Notes: generated from the letters alone by a model not told the origin. A DNA stretch of 64,000 nucleotides from Pseudomonadales bacterium (GCA_022827245.1 JAJDTI010000076.1:13198-77197), one strand, 5' to 3'. Shown: positions 1 through 10,146, counted from the stretch's first letter. Program-made: numbers and translations.

Positions 1-124
1 CCTCGATTCTCTTTTCGCGGATACGCTTCCAGCGGTCGACGATCTTTCCACTGTCGGGGACGCCAAGCGCCTTCAACTGCTCCTCCAACGCCGCTTCCCA
101 ACCTTTCGACCCTGAATCTGACAT
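1..124 (-). CDS. Partial CDS (first 41 codons; continues past the left edge), unknown function
   Basis: ATG at 124..122 (minus) followed by an open frame to position 1: MSDSGSKGWEAALEEQLKALGVPDSGKIVDRWKRIREKRIE... No recognisable motif. Absent from the ORF track because it is truncated. Confidence 0.25.
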   Translation of the reverse strand, partial: MSDSGSKGWEAALEEQLKALGVPDSGKIVDRWKRIREKRIE

Positions 125-355
125 CCCATCGACCTCGGTGCGTTGCCGTAGATGACCCGTCGCCCCGAACCAGACCTACCAGCTTGGCCTCCCATGTCCG
201 GTGAGCGACCGCGTTGACCAATAGACCCTAGTCGGAACGCGGGCCCGTGGAAACGAAACCCAGAGGCTACGAGCGGTAGTCGGCGTTTCCAGAACCGCGC
301 TACGGAATCCGGCAGTGGGGCTACGATGTCGTCTTCACACCGGGGCGATCGGTTC

Positions 356-3118
356 CTAGCCCGTCGGCGGCAACATCCCCAGCTCCCGCGCCCGCCTTAC
401 CGCCGCGCCCCGATCCCGCGCATCCAGCTTCACGAACAGCTTCCGGATGTGATACCGCACACCGTCCGCGCTGATCCCGAGTTCCGCCGCGATCTCCTTG
501 TCGCGCCGGTGCTCGAGGCGCTCCAGCACCTCCTCTTCGCGGCTCGTCAGCCGGGGAATCACTTCCGTACCGCGCCGGCTCGCGGCCGCGAGCAGTGTCT
601 GCGCCGCCTCCCGGTCGCGGGCCTGCGGATTCGTGTCCAGGAAAGCCTGGAGTGCCGGAGCGGCGACCTCGCGCTCCCGCACGAGGGACCACGCATAGTC
701 GGTCTCGGCGAACTGCCGCACGAAACCGGCGAGGTGGTCATGTGCCGCGTCCCGCCGACCGGCCCGGTCTTCGAACACCACCGCCAGCGACAGGCCACGC
801 ATCAGCGTTCGCCGCAGACCCCGGGCGCTGGTCGTCTCGAGCAGCCCGTGTAACAGCCTCCTCGCGTCGCCCAGCGCGCCCTCGGCGCTGAGCATCCGCA
901 CGCGCGCCAGGGACAGCGCTTCCATCTCTCGCCAACTCTGGCCACCGAGGTCGAGACACCCCTCGGCCGTCTCCGGCAGGGCGCCGCTGCGCCACGTGCG
1001 ACCCGCCTCGTCGAATCACCCCGCGTCCGCGAGCACGGACGCGTACGATGCGCAGAGAAAACGCGCGAGCGCAGGAAGCTCCGTTCGCCGCGCGTACTCC
1101 CACATCTCGTCGATCGCGGCGAGCGCCGCATCGACGCCGCTGGTTTGCAGGGCCAGCTCCGCCTCGACCGTCGCCGCCGCCGCGTAGGACACCAGCGGTG
1201 TGCCGCTCTCGCACAGCTCGGGCGGAACGCCCGGCGCCGGCTCGCCCTCGACGATCCGGTTCCGTTCCAGGTTCAGCTCCCGGATCAGCACCTGGCAGAA
1301 GACGGCGTGGTGCGGGTCGTCGGGAAAGCTCTCCCTGGCCACCTGCCGGCCTCTCCGATACCACTCGGCCGCATCCTGGACACGCCCCTGGGCCATGGCG
1401 ATCTGGCCCATCTGCAGGTCCACGAGCATCGACAGATAGCGCGAGCGGCCGCGCACGCGCTGTTGGGCGCGCGAGCAATAGTCGAGCGACGGAGCCAACT
1501 CCCCCTTCATGTGGTGGATGACCGACGCGCCAAACTCGAAGCCTGCGCGTACCAGCGAGTCCGCCCCCGCCAGGTCCGCCAGCCGGGCGAAGTCCGACGC
1601 CACGCCCATGCTCATGTCCGAAGACAGGGGTACGCAACCGAATATGGCGATGACCCCGCACACGAGGCTGTAATCGATTTGCAGATCCGACAGGCCATCG
1701 GACATCCGCACGGCGGCCGGGTGCGCGCGGGTGACGGCCGCGAACAGCCGTCTTGCATCCGCGAGGCGTCCGGTGATGGCCAGCACGACGCAGCGGGCGA
1801 GCGCCACACGCGGCATGCTGGAGACAGTCTCCTCCAGGACGAACCGGTCCGCCGCGCGCAGTCCCACCAGCCCGTCTCGCAGCCACAGCCGCGCACCTCC
1901 GGCTTCCACGAGAATGCGGCCGACGAGCGCCTGGTCGTCCGCTTCCGCGGCGTGACGCATGGCCGCCACCGTCTCCTCCCGGCGCGCCAGGGCGAGTGCG
2001 ATACGGCGATGGAGGGCACGGTACCGGTCGGGATCGTCCCTGCGCAGGAGCTTCGCGCACAAGTCCGCCACGAACGGATGCAGGCGCCATACCTTCGCCC
2101 CGCGTCCCTTGCAGGGCTCGAGCAGACCGAACAGCCAGGACATGCCCTCCACCCGGGAGGCCGCGTCCGCCCGCTCGAAGACCTCGTCCAGCAGGCTCGC
2201 GTCGACCCGCTCGAACAGTGCCAGGTCGAGCAGGAACTCGCGCTCGTCGCTGCCGACGCCCTCGAGCAGCCTCGACTCCACCCAGTTCTCGATCACCTCG
2301 CGCACGACCAGCGATTCGCCGCGCATCCCCCGCTGGCCCTGGTTGCGATGGATACCCAGGGCGATGGGCCAGCCGCGGGAGTCCGCCGCCAGGGCCGCAA
2401 GTTCCCTGCGCGACAGCCGCAGGTCGAAGTAACGTGCAATCTCGGCGCGGTCAAAACGCAGTTCCTCGGCCGTCAGGATCTCCGCCCGGCCTTCGAGCAC
2501 CGGCGAGGCAATGTTCAGTCCCGCGGGGAGTTCCCGGCACGCGAAAGCGAGGTGCAGGGTCGCGGGTCCGCGGAGCACCAGGAAGTTGATCAGCGCGACC
2601 GACTCCGGATCACGCAATCGCTCCAGTTCGTCCAGCGCAAGTACGCAGGGGGCCCCCTGGCTCTCGACCACCCGGAGCAGCACGCCAAGTCGACGCAGCG
2701 GGTGGTCCGGGGGCCTGTCCGGCGCCGTCCCCCGCCCCACGCGGAATCCGGCGGCCTCGAACGCGAGTTCAAGGTAGGCGGCCAACGTCGCCGGGTCGTC
2801 ATCGTCATCGAGGGACAGCCACGCGGTCGGGACGCCGCGCCGCGCAAGCGAGCGGCAGCACTCGGCCAGCAGGGTGGTCTTGCCGAACCCGCCCGGGGCC
2901 TTCAGCAGGATGATGCGATGTTCCGTTGGCATGCAGCGGCGCACGACTTCCGGACGGTCGAGGTAGTCCGCCGCCCGGTCGGGTACGGTGACCCGGTGCC
3001 GAAGGAGTGGAGAGGCCGCGCGTTCGGCATCCCGCCCGGGGGGACCGTCCGATGGCTCACGCCGCGCGGTACTCCCGCGATCCGCGGGCTGGTCAGTTGC
3101 CATCGGCCCGTCGCGCAT
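356..3118 (-). pseudogene. MalT/LuxR-family (LAL, STAND ATPase) transcriptional regulator interrupted by a single in-frame TGA at 1018..1016
   Basis: ORF 1016..3118 has Walker A 'KAPGGFGKTTLLAE' and a long helical-repeat region. ORF 356..925 ends in a LuxR HTH ('LTSREEEVLERL..KEIAAELGISADGVRYHIRKLFVKLD'). Both lie in the same frame ((3118-925) is divisible by 3), and the 30 codons between the TGA and Met-925 are open (FDEAGRTWRSGALPETAEGCLDLGGQSWRE). The joined length of about 920 aa is typical of MalT-like proteins. Confidence 0.7.
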
Positions 3119-3421
3119 GGCACTCGGGCGACCGCCCGAACCGAACGCTCCAACGATCAGACACGTCGCGACCGCCGCGCGGTCGCCGTCTCAATTCCCC
3201 CATTCGACTACAGTTGCCGCTCGTGCAACGCCGCGACGCGACGCGCAGCAAGCCGCCCCTCTCCATAGGGTGTCGTCTCGCGACTGCTGTGGGTGTCGGC
3301 CTCCCCCCGGACGTGTCCGGTACGACCGCCGACACGCCACTTCGCAGCCTAGCCTGCCCACGGGTGCATTGGAACAACGTCGGGGCGAGGAACGGCGGGT
3401 AGCCGGGCGAACGCGCCGCGG

Positions 3422-3439
3422 ACTACAAGAGCTTGTAGT
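3422..3439. promoter_or_regulatory. 18-bp palindrome ACTACAAG-AG-CTTGTAGT in the divergent regulator/permease intergenic region; candidate operator
   Basis: Perfect 8-bp arms with a 2-bp spacer, read directly. It is AT-rich relative to its surroundings and lies about 125 bp upstream of the permease ATG (3566) and about 300 bp upstream of the regulator start (3118). Confidence 0.3.
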
Positions 3440-3565
3440 GCCGGCCTGGCAGCGGCCAACCGCCGGGCACGAACGGGACGGGTCGCCACGAGGTCGCCAC
3501 GAGGGCGTCCCCCACGGGACCTGTCCCGGAATAGACTTGGGCTGTCCTCACGCCACCGGAACTCC

Positions 3566-5299
3566 ATGCCGTCCACGAGCCACGAAGTCCGTTACGAAGC
3601 CGACGAGCGCCCGCCCCCGGCCCTGACCCTGGGCCTCGGACTGCAGTACGCGGTCCTCGCCCTGGCCTCCGTCGTGCTGACCCCGGCGATCCTCATCAGC
3701 GTTGCCGGAGGAGGCGAGGCCTACCTGACCTGGGCCGTGTTCGGGGCCCTGATGGTGAGCGGCGTGGCCACCATCGTCCAGGCCGTCCGTATCGGGCGCC
3801 TCGGCGCCGGCTATATCCTGGTCATGGGCAGCACCGCGGCGTTCCTCCCGATGAGCGTGACCGCCCTCACCGAGGGCGGGCCGGCGATGCTCGCCACGCT
3901 CATCGTCATGTCCTCCATCGTGCAGTTCGTACTCGGCGCCAGGATGGCGGCTCTGCGCCGCGTGTTCACGCCCACGGTCGCCGGGACGGTACTCATGCTG
4001 ATCCCGGTGAGCCTCGGGCCGATCATCTACAACAAGCTCACGGACGTACCCGCCGGAACGCCCGTAGCCGCCGCGCCGGTCACCGCGCTCGTCACCCTCG
4101 CGGCCATCGTCCTGGTGGCGTTGCGACTGTCCGGCGCATGGCGGGTCTGGGCGCCCGCCATCGGCCTCGTGGCGGGGGGCCTGGTGGGCCTCGCTTTCGG
4201 GATCTACGACCTCGATCGCGTGGCCGCGGCTCCGTGGATCGGGCTCCCGGACTTCGCGGCCTACCCGGGCCTGGACCTGAGCTTCGACACGACCTTCTGG
4301 GCACTGCTGCCGGGCTTCCTGATCGTCACCCTCGTAGGCGCCATGGACACCCTGGGCGACGCCATCGCGATCCAGCGCGCTTCCTGGCGCAAGCCGCGGG
4401 CCATCGACTTCCGGTCGATACAGGGGGCCATCAACGCGGACGGCCTCGGCAACCTCCTCTCCGGCATCGGTGGCACGGTTCCCAACACCACCTACGGGAG
4501 CAGCATCGCGATCGCCGAGCTGACCGGCGTGTGCGCGCGATCGGTCGGCGTGTGTGTCGGCACCCTCTTCGTCGCGCTGGCCTTCCTGCCGAAGGTCGTG
4601 GCCCTGGTCATCGCAATGCCGGGCCCGGTGGCCGGCGCCTACCTCACGGTGATCGTCGCGCTGCTGTTCGTATTCGGCGTGAAGATCCTGACCAACGACG
4701 GGCTCGACTACCGCAAGAGCCTGATCGTGGGGTTCGCGTTCTGGGTGGGTCTCGCGTTCCAGTTCGACATGGTGTACCCGGAACTCCTGACGGGGCCGTG
4801 GGGAGAGCTCCTCGGCCAGGGCATGACCGCCGGGGGCATCACCGTGATCGTGCTTTCCGGTTTCCTCGACCTCACGGCAGCCCGGCCCCGCCGCCTGCGC
4901 ACCGCGCTTTCCAACGACGCGCTGTCCGAGATAGACGCCTTCCTCTGCGACTTCGCGAAACGCTTCCGGTGCGACGAGCCGACGACGGCCCGCTTGCGGG
5001 CGGTGGCCGAAGAAACCCTGCATACGCTGCTCGGCGACGACGCCGAGCCCAGCGAGCGGGAACTCCTGTTGGTGGCGCGGGCGGACGGTCCGTCGGCGGA
5101 CCTCGAGTTCATCGCCGGCGGCACGGACACCAACCTGGAGGACCAGCTCGCGATGCTGAGCGAGGGCGTCACGGAGATTCCCAACGAAGCCGAAGCGCCG
5201 TTGCGCCTGCTGCGGCACTACGCTTCGTCCGTGCGCCACCAGCAGTACCACGGCACCGATATCGTGACGATCCGGGTCGAGCCACGGGTACCCGACTAG
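3566..5299 (+). CDS. NCS2 (xanthine/uracil/purine) family permease with a soluble C-terminal extension of about 140 aa
   Basis: 577 aa with multiple hydrophobic helices. 'PNTTYGSSIAIAELTGV' resembles the NCS2 signature (UraA 'TTYGENIGVMAIT'). The last ~140 aa (from 'RPRRLRTALSNDALSEIDAFL') are hydrophilic. Confidence 0.75.
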   Translation: MPSTSHEVRYEADERPPPALTLGLGLQYAVLALASVVLTPAILISVAGGGEAYLTWAVFGALMVSGVATIVQAVRIGRLGAGYILVMGSTAAFLPMSVTALTEGGPAMLATLIVMSSIVQFVLGARMAALRRVFTPTVAGTVLMLIPVSLGPIIYNKLTDVPAGTPVAAAPVTALVTLAAIVLVALRLSGAWRVWAPAIGLVAGGLVGLAFGIYDLDRVAAAPWIGLPDFAAYPGLDLSFDTTFWALLPGFLIVTLVGAMDTLGDAIAIQRASWRKPRAIDFRSIQGAINADGLGNLLSGIGGTVPNTTYGSSIAIAELTGVCARSVGVCVGTLFVALAFLPKVVALVIAMPGPVAGAYLTVIVALLFVFGVKILTNDGLDYRKSLIVGFAFWVGLAFQFDMVYPELLTGPWGELLGQGMTAGGITVIVLSGFLDLTAARPRRLRTALSNDALSEIDAFLCDFAKRFRCDEPTTARLRAVAEETLHTLLGDDAEPSERELLLVARADGPSADLEFIAGGTDTNLEDQLAMLSEGVTEIPNEAEAPLRLLRHYASSVRHQQYHGTDIVTIRVEPRVPD

Positions 5300-5307
5300 C
5301 GCCTGCA

Positions 5308-6489
5308 ATGCCCGACCTCCTCGAGTATCGCGTCCCCATCAGCGCCACGCTGCTCGTGCTGTCCCTGGCCTCGATGTTCGTGCTTACCAGCCAGAGCGGT
5401 TCGAGCTTCCCCACGTACGTCCTCGCCGCGTACACGCTCCTCGGCTTCCGCCGCTGGAGCGGCCTCTGGTTCAACTGGATCTTCCTGCTGGCGGTCGGCG
5501 TGTCCGGATACATCGCGTTGACCAGCCTCTGGTCGACGCCGTTCGACGCGCGGGGCACGCTCAGCCAGTTCAGCCGGGCCCTCCTCGGCATCTGCTTCGT
5601 GGTCGCCGTGGCGGAGGGTTTCCGCGTCGACTGGTTCCGCGCCCGGATGACGGCCGCGCTGGCCCTCTGCGGCGGCGCCGCTGCCTGTGCAGCCGTGGTC
5701 CTGTTCTTCGCGGACCCTCCGCCAGACGGGCGGCTGAACGGTCTTGGACAGCTCGACGCCCACATCCGGGCCGCGCTCTGCTTCGGCGTCTCGCTGGTGT
5801 GCGCGATCGCCTGGATGACCGAGACCCCGTCGGCCACGTCGCGCGTCGTCGCCGTCGTCCTCGCCGTGTTTCTCGGCGTGGCGGTCGCCCTGTCGACTTC
5901 ACGCAACGCGTGGATCACCGTGCCCTTCGGCTGCCTCGTGTTCCTGATCTCCCGATACGCTCCCCGACGCGGACTCCTGGCCGCGTGCGGAGCCGCGTTC
6001 GCGCTCGTCGCCGCCGCGGTCACCCTGGCGATCTGGTTCGAGCCGTCGCGCGACGCCCTGCTGTCCCGCGGCGACAGCTACCGGCCCGACATCTGGATCG
6101 AGATCCTGAGGCGCGTCGCGGACCACGGACCGTGGTTCGGCAACGGCGTCCTCAGCGACGACAGCGTGACGATGAACGGCCTCGTCCTGCCGCATCCCCA
6201 CAACATGTACCTGGCCGTACTCTTCCAGGGCGGAGTCGTGGGTCTCGCGCTGTTCCTCCTGCTCGTTGCGTTCGCGCTACGCACGCTGCTCGCCCACCTC
6301 GCGGAGCCCGAAGCGAAGCTCGCCCTCGGAATACTCGCGATCGGGCTGCCCGCCTGGCTGCTCGACGGCTACGAACTGGTGGACAAGATCGGCTGGACCT
6401 GGATGCTCTTCTGGTTTCCCGTCGCCGTGGCCGTCGGCCTGGGAAGCCGGCGCGGGCTGGCGGACGCGCGCAGGTTCAGCGGCGGCTGA
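5308..6489 (+). CDS. waaL: O-antigen ligase family protein (Wzy_C/WaaL-like)
   Basis: ATG at 5308 inside track ORF 4138..6489. 393 aa, polytopic, with 'LSTSRNAW' and 'PHPHNMYLAVLFQGGVVGLALFLLLV' typical of the O-antigen ligase/polymerase loop. Confidence 0.7.
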   Translation: MPDLLEYRVPISATLLVLSLASMFVLTSQSGSSFPTYVLAAYTLLGFRRWSGLWFNWIFLLAVGVSGYIALTSLWSTPFDARGTLSQFSRALLGICFVVAVAEGFRVDWFRARMTAALALCGGAAACAAVVLFFADPPPDGRLNGLGQLDAHIRAALCFGVSLVCAIAWMTETPSATSRVVAVVLAVFLGVAVALSTSRNAWITVPFGCLVFLISRYAPRRGLLAACGAAFALVAAAVTLAIWFEPSRDALLSRGDSYRPDIWIEILRRVADHGPWFGNGVLSDDSVTMNGLVLPHPHNMYLAVLFQGGVVGLALFLLLVAFALRTLLAHLAEPEAKLALGILAIGLPAWLLDGYELVDKIGWTWMLFWFPVAVAVGLGSRRGLADARRFSGG

Positions 6490-7645
6490 GTTCCGCGGCC
6501 GACGCCTGCGGCGGGGCCTCCGGCACCCGGGAATCACCCGTCAGCTCGCCATAGATCTCGGCGTAGCGCAGGCCCATCAGTTCCCCGGTGAAGAGCTTCT
6601 CGTAGCGGCGCCGCGCGTTCCGGCCCATCATCCGCGCCATGTCCGGACGATGATGGAGCTGGTCCATCGCCCGGCGCAGCGCCGACGGGGACCCGGGGGC
6701 GACCACCAGTCCGGTCTCGCCGTCGACGTTGACGTGGCTGGTGCCCGAACCCACCTCGGTCGAGACGAGCGGGCGGCCGTACATGGCCCCTTCTAGCAGT
6801 CCGACACCAAAGGCCTCGGATCGCAGGTAGGACGGGAACACGACCCCCCGGGCCAGTTGCAGCATCGCGACCTTCTCTTCGTCGGGCACGTAGCCCGCGA
6901 AGTGGACGTTGTCCTCGATGCCCAGCCGGGCGACCTGCGCCCGCAGGTCCCGCTCCGTCGGCCCGGACCCCGCGATCACGACGCGGTAAGGCGCTCCCGG
7001 CAGGGCATCGAGCAGGATGTGCAGGCACTTGTAGTAGCGCAGCACGCCCACGAACAGGAAGAAGTCCTCGCCGTACTTCCTGCGCGCGTCGTCGACGGCC
7101 TCTTCCGATACCCGCGGATAGGTGTCTTCGTTCAGCCCGATCGGCACGATGTCCACCTTGTCCTCGAAGCGGCTGAGGACGTCGCTCGTGGCGAAGTAGT
7201 TCGGCGACGTCCCGACGATCCGGTCGACGGCGCCGAGGAAGCGACTCATCAGGGGCCGGTAGACCTGGCGCAGCAGGCGTTGCCTGACGATGTCCGAGTG
7301 GTACGTGACGACGGACGGACGGCGCCGGCGCGCCGTCAGGTGCAAGACATCGCCGAACGGCCACGGGTAGTGGTAGTGGACGACGTCGGCCCACGCGGCG
7401 AGCCGCCGGTAGACCGCGAACGCCTCGAGGGACATGCCGCAGGACGCGATCTCGAGGTCGCGGTGCGCGCGGTAGACGCGCGCCTCCACCCGCCGCACCG
7501 CCCGGCGCGACACGTTGGGGCTCAATGCGAGGACCCGGTTCTCCACGCCGTGGGGACGGGTGTTGACGCAGATCTGCCGGATGACCTCCTCGATGCCGCC
7601 CTGGGTATCCGGGAAATACGTCCTGTAGACCTGTAGTACGCGCAC
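6476..7645 (-). CDS. Glycosyltransferase family 4 (GT-B, group 1)
   Basis: C-terminal 389 codons of track ORF 6476..9136, with a GTG start at 7645 (VRVLQVYRTYFPDTQGGIEE). Has the E-x7-E region 'PSYLRSEAFGVGLLEGAMYGRPLVSTEVGSG'. Its 3' end overlaps the waaL 3' end by 14 bp (convergent). Confidence 0.8.
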   Translation of the reverse strand: MRVLQVYRTYFPDTQGGIEEVIRQICVNTRPHGVENRVLALSPNVSRRAVRRVEARVYRAHRDLEIASCGMSLEAFAVYRRLAAWADVVHYHYPWPFGDVLHLTARRRRPSVVTYHSDIVRQRLLRQVYRPLMSRFLGAVDRIVGTSPNYFATSDVLSRFEDKVDIVPIGLNEDTYPRVSEEAVDDARRKYGEDFFLFVGVLRYYKCLHILLDALPGAPYRVVIAGSGPTERDLRAQVARLGIEDNVHFAGYVPDEEKVAMLQLARGVVFPSYLRSEAFGVGLLEGAMYGRPLVSTEVGSGTSHVNVDGETGLVVAPGSPSALRRAMDQLHHRPDMARMMGRNARRRYEKLFTGELMGLRYAEIYGELTGDSRVPEAPPQASAAELSRR

Positions 7646-7840
7646 GGCCTGGTGACTTCCGCATGGCGGCGCCACGACAGTCGGCGCCTCGAGTGACTTG
7701 GTGCTGGCAGCTTCGGAGGGCGCAATATGTGCCGCGACGCTCTCGAACGCAAGTTCGGCAGCCCGCCGTTCCGCTCCGGGTCTCGCTTTCCTCGCCCGCT
7801 CCGCTGTGGTTGACTTGCGCGACTTCCGACGGGCACTTGC

Positions 7841-9274
7841 ATGACCTCCATCCTTCCGGTGGTTCTGGCGGGGGGCTCCGGCACCCGCCTCTGGCCCCTG
7901 TCCCGCCAACTCCATCCCAAGCAGTTCATGGCCCTGACGAGCGGCCGCTCGATGCTGCAGGAGACCCTGCACAGGCTTCAGCCACTGCTCTGCGAGCCTC
8001 CCGCGATCGTCTGCAACGAGGAGCATCGCTTCCTGGTCGCCGAACAGTGCCGCGGGACCGGCGTGCGCTGGGGCGCCATCCTGCTCGAGTGCGCGTCGCG
8101 CAACACCGCCCCGGCGGTGGCGCTCGCCGCCTGTCACGCGCTCACGCGGGGCTCCGATCCCCTCCTGCTGGTGGTCCCGTCCGACGGTCACTTCGACGAC
8201 GACGAGGCGTTCCGCGACGGCGTGCGGGCCGCGGTGGAACCCGCCGCCGACGGCCGGCTGGTCGCGTTCGGCATCCGTCCTTCCACGCCACACACCGGCT
8301 ACGGCTACATACGGCCGGGGGAACCGGTCGGCGCGGCGCGCGAGATCGCCGCCTTCGTCGAGAAGCCGAACCGCGAGAAGGCCCAGGCCTACGTCGACTC
8401 CGGCGACTTCCTGTGGAACAGCGGGGTCTTCCTCTTCCGTGCGAGCCGCTATCTCGAGGAACTCGGCCGCCACGTTCCGGCGATTCCGGCGGCATGCCGC
8501 GACGCCGTCGATACCGGGACCCAGGACGTCGACTTCTTCCGTCCCGGCAGCGCGTTCGGCGACGCACCCGACATCTCCGTGGACCACGCGCTGATGGAGA
8601 AGACCGGCGACGCGGTCGTGGTGCCGCTGGACGTAGGCTGGAGCGACGTCGGCTCCTGGCAGGCGGTGCACGACCTCGGCAAGACAGGAGACGGGAACAA
8701 CGCGCTCACCGGCGATGTCCTGGCCCTGCGCACGACCAACACCGTCGTGCACGCCACGGAGCGGCTCGTCGCGACGCTCGGAGTCGACGGCCTGATCGTC
8801 GCCGAGACCGGGGACGCCGTCCTCGTGGCCGACCGCAGCGAGGCCCAGGACGTCGGCGATGTCGTGGCGCTCATCGCGCAGTGCGCCCGTCGCGAGCATC
8901 ACGCGCATCGGCGCGTGCATCGGCCGTGGGGGCACTTCGAGACCGTCGAGGCCGGTCCCGCGCACCAGGTCAAGCGGCTCACGGTGAACCCGCGCGCCAG
9001 GCTGTCCATGCAGCAGCACCGGGAGCGGTCCGAGCACTGGGTCGTCGTCCACGGGACCGCCGAGGTGATGCGTGACGGCACGTCGCACACCCTGGTCGAG
9101 AACGCTTCGATCCATATCCCGAAGGGAAGCTGGCACCGTCTCTCGAACCCCGGCGACGCGCCCCTCGAACTGATCGAGGTCCAGGTCGGCAAGTACCTCG
9201 GCGAAGACGACATCGAACGACGGGACGACGATTTCGGGCGCGCGGCGTCCGACGGCGACGCGGCCGCGCCATGA
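7841..9274 (+). CDS. manC: Mannose-1-phosphate guanylyltransferase / mannose-6-phosphate isomerase (type II PMI)
   Basis: 'VVLAGGSGTRLWPLSR' nucleotidyltransferase motif plus a C-terminal cupin ('HRPWGHFE...HRERSEHWVVVHGTA'). 477 aa. Confidence 0.92.
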   Translation: MTSILPVVLAGGSGTRLWPLSRQLHPKQFMALTSGRSMLQETLHRLQPLLCEPPAIVCNEEHRFLVAEQCRGTGVRWGAILLECASRNTAPAVALAACHALTRGSDPLLLVVPSDGHFDDDEAFRDGVRAAVEPAADGRLVAFGIRPSTPHTGYGYIRPGEPVGAAREIAAFVEKPNREKAQAYVDSGDFLWNSGVFLFRASRYLEELGRHVPAIPAACRDAVDTGTQDVDFFRPGSAFGDAPDISVDHALMEKTGDAVVVPLDVGWSDVGSWQAVHDLGKTGDGNNALTGDVLALRTTNTVVHATERLVATLGVDGLIVAETGDAVLVADRSEAQDVGDVVALIAQCARREHHAHRRVHRPWGHFETVEAGPAHQVKRLTVNPRARLSMQQHRERSEHWVVVHGTAEVMRDGTSHTLVENASIHIPKGSWHRLSNPGDAPLELIEVQVGKYLGEDDIERRDDDFGRAASDGDAAAP

Positions 9275-10146
9275 CCACGAAGGCGATCGTCCTCGCGGGA
9301 GGCCGGGGGACGCGGCTGTACCCCGTGACCCGCAGCGTGTCCAAGCAGTTGCTGCCCGTCTACGACAAGCCGATGATCTACTACCCGCTGACCACCCTGA
9401 TGCTCGCGGGGCTTCGGGAAGTCCTGGTCATCGCGACGCCGGAAGACATGCCCCGCTACCAGGAGCTGCTGGGCGACGGCAGTCAGTGGGGCATCTCGCT
9501 CACCTACGTCGTGCAACACGAACCGCGTGGCCTGCCCGACGCCTTCCTCGTCGCGAAGGCGTTCATCCGGGACGATCCCGTCGTCCTCATCCTCGGCGAC
9601 AACATCTTCTTCGGCGCGGACCTTCCCGGCCTGGTGCGGCGCGCCATCGTCGAGAACCGCGGCGCCACCGTGTTCGCCTGCCAGGTGCAGGACCCGAGCG
9701 CTCTCGGCGTGGTCCGTTACGAGGACGGCCGCGTCGCGGACATCGTGGAGAAGCCCGCCAACCCGCCGTCGAACCATGCCGTGACGGGCCTGTACGTTTA
9801 CGACAACGATGTCGTCGCCGTGGCCGGGTCCCTCGCGCCCTCGGCCCGCGGCGAACTGGAAATCACCGACGTCAACCGGCACTACCTCCGACGAGGCGCC
9901 CTCGACGTCGTGTTCCTCGGACGGGGCATGGCGTGGCTCGACACCGGCACGCACGACACGCTGCTCGAGGCCAGCCAGTTCGTGCAGACCATCGAGCACC
10001 GGCAGGGGCTCAAGATCGCGTGTCCGGAGGAAGTCGCGTGGCGCATGGGGTGGATCTCCGACGCGGAACTCGTCCGGTTGGCCGACGGAACGAGCCGGGC
10101 GTACGGAGACTACCTGCTGGGGCTCCTCGACGAGCCGGGAAGGTAG
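9271..10146 (+). CDS. rfbA: Glucose-1-phosphate thymidylyltransferase
   Basis: 'AIVLAGGRGTRLYPVTRSVSKQLLPVYDKPMIYYPL', 291 aa. ATGA overlap with the manC stop. Confidence 0.93.
   Translation: MTTKAIVLAGGRGTRLYPVTRSVSKQLLPVYDKPMIYYPLTTLMLAGLREVLVIATPEDMPRYQELLGDGSQWGISLTYVVQHEPRGLPDAFLVAKAFIRDDPVVLILGDNIFFGADLPGLVRRAIVENRGATVFACQVQDPSALGVVRYEDGRVADIVEKPANPPSNHAVTGLYVYDNDVVAVAGSLAPSARGELEITDVNRHYLRRGALDVVFLGRGMAWLDTGTHDTLLEASQFVQTIEHRQGLKIACPEEVAWRMGWISDAELVRLADGTSRAYGDYLLGLLDEPGR

Noticed and set aside
1016-1018. TGA in the LAL regulator read as selenocysteine or programmed recoding
   Set aside because: No SECIS-like hairpin is obvious just downstream. Regulators of this family are not selenoproteins. 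The context (G*FDEA) fits a mutated Trp codon. Simple read-through remains possible and is kept as a hypothesis in the findings.
738-3268. Long ORFs 738..2090 (-), 1145..3268 (+), 1612..2019 (-) and others overlapping the LAL regulator gene
   Set aside because: Their translations are Arg/Pro/Gly/Ala-rich and low-complexity with no motifs. They lie off-frame or antisense to a frame that carries Walker A and LuxR-HTH motifs. This is the typical stop-codon-poor artefact of very high GC.
3548-5308. 586-aa ORF antisense to the NCS2 permease, and the first ~390 codons of ORF 4138..6489
   Set aside because: The sequences are hydrophilic R/G/D/H-rich nonsense overlapping a clearly membrane-protein frame. 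The real waaL-like gene starts at ATG 5308, just after the permease stop.
7646-9136. N-terminal 497 codons of the 886-aa ORF 6476..9136 (it would be a giant GT fusion)
   Set aside because: This part is antisense to manC, which has unambiguous motifs. The GT4 homology starts at the GTG at 7645 ('VRVLQVYRTYFPD').
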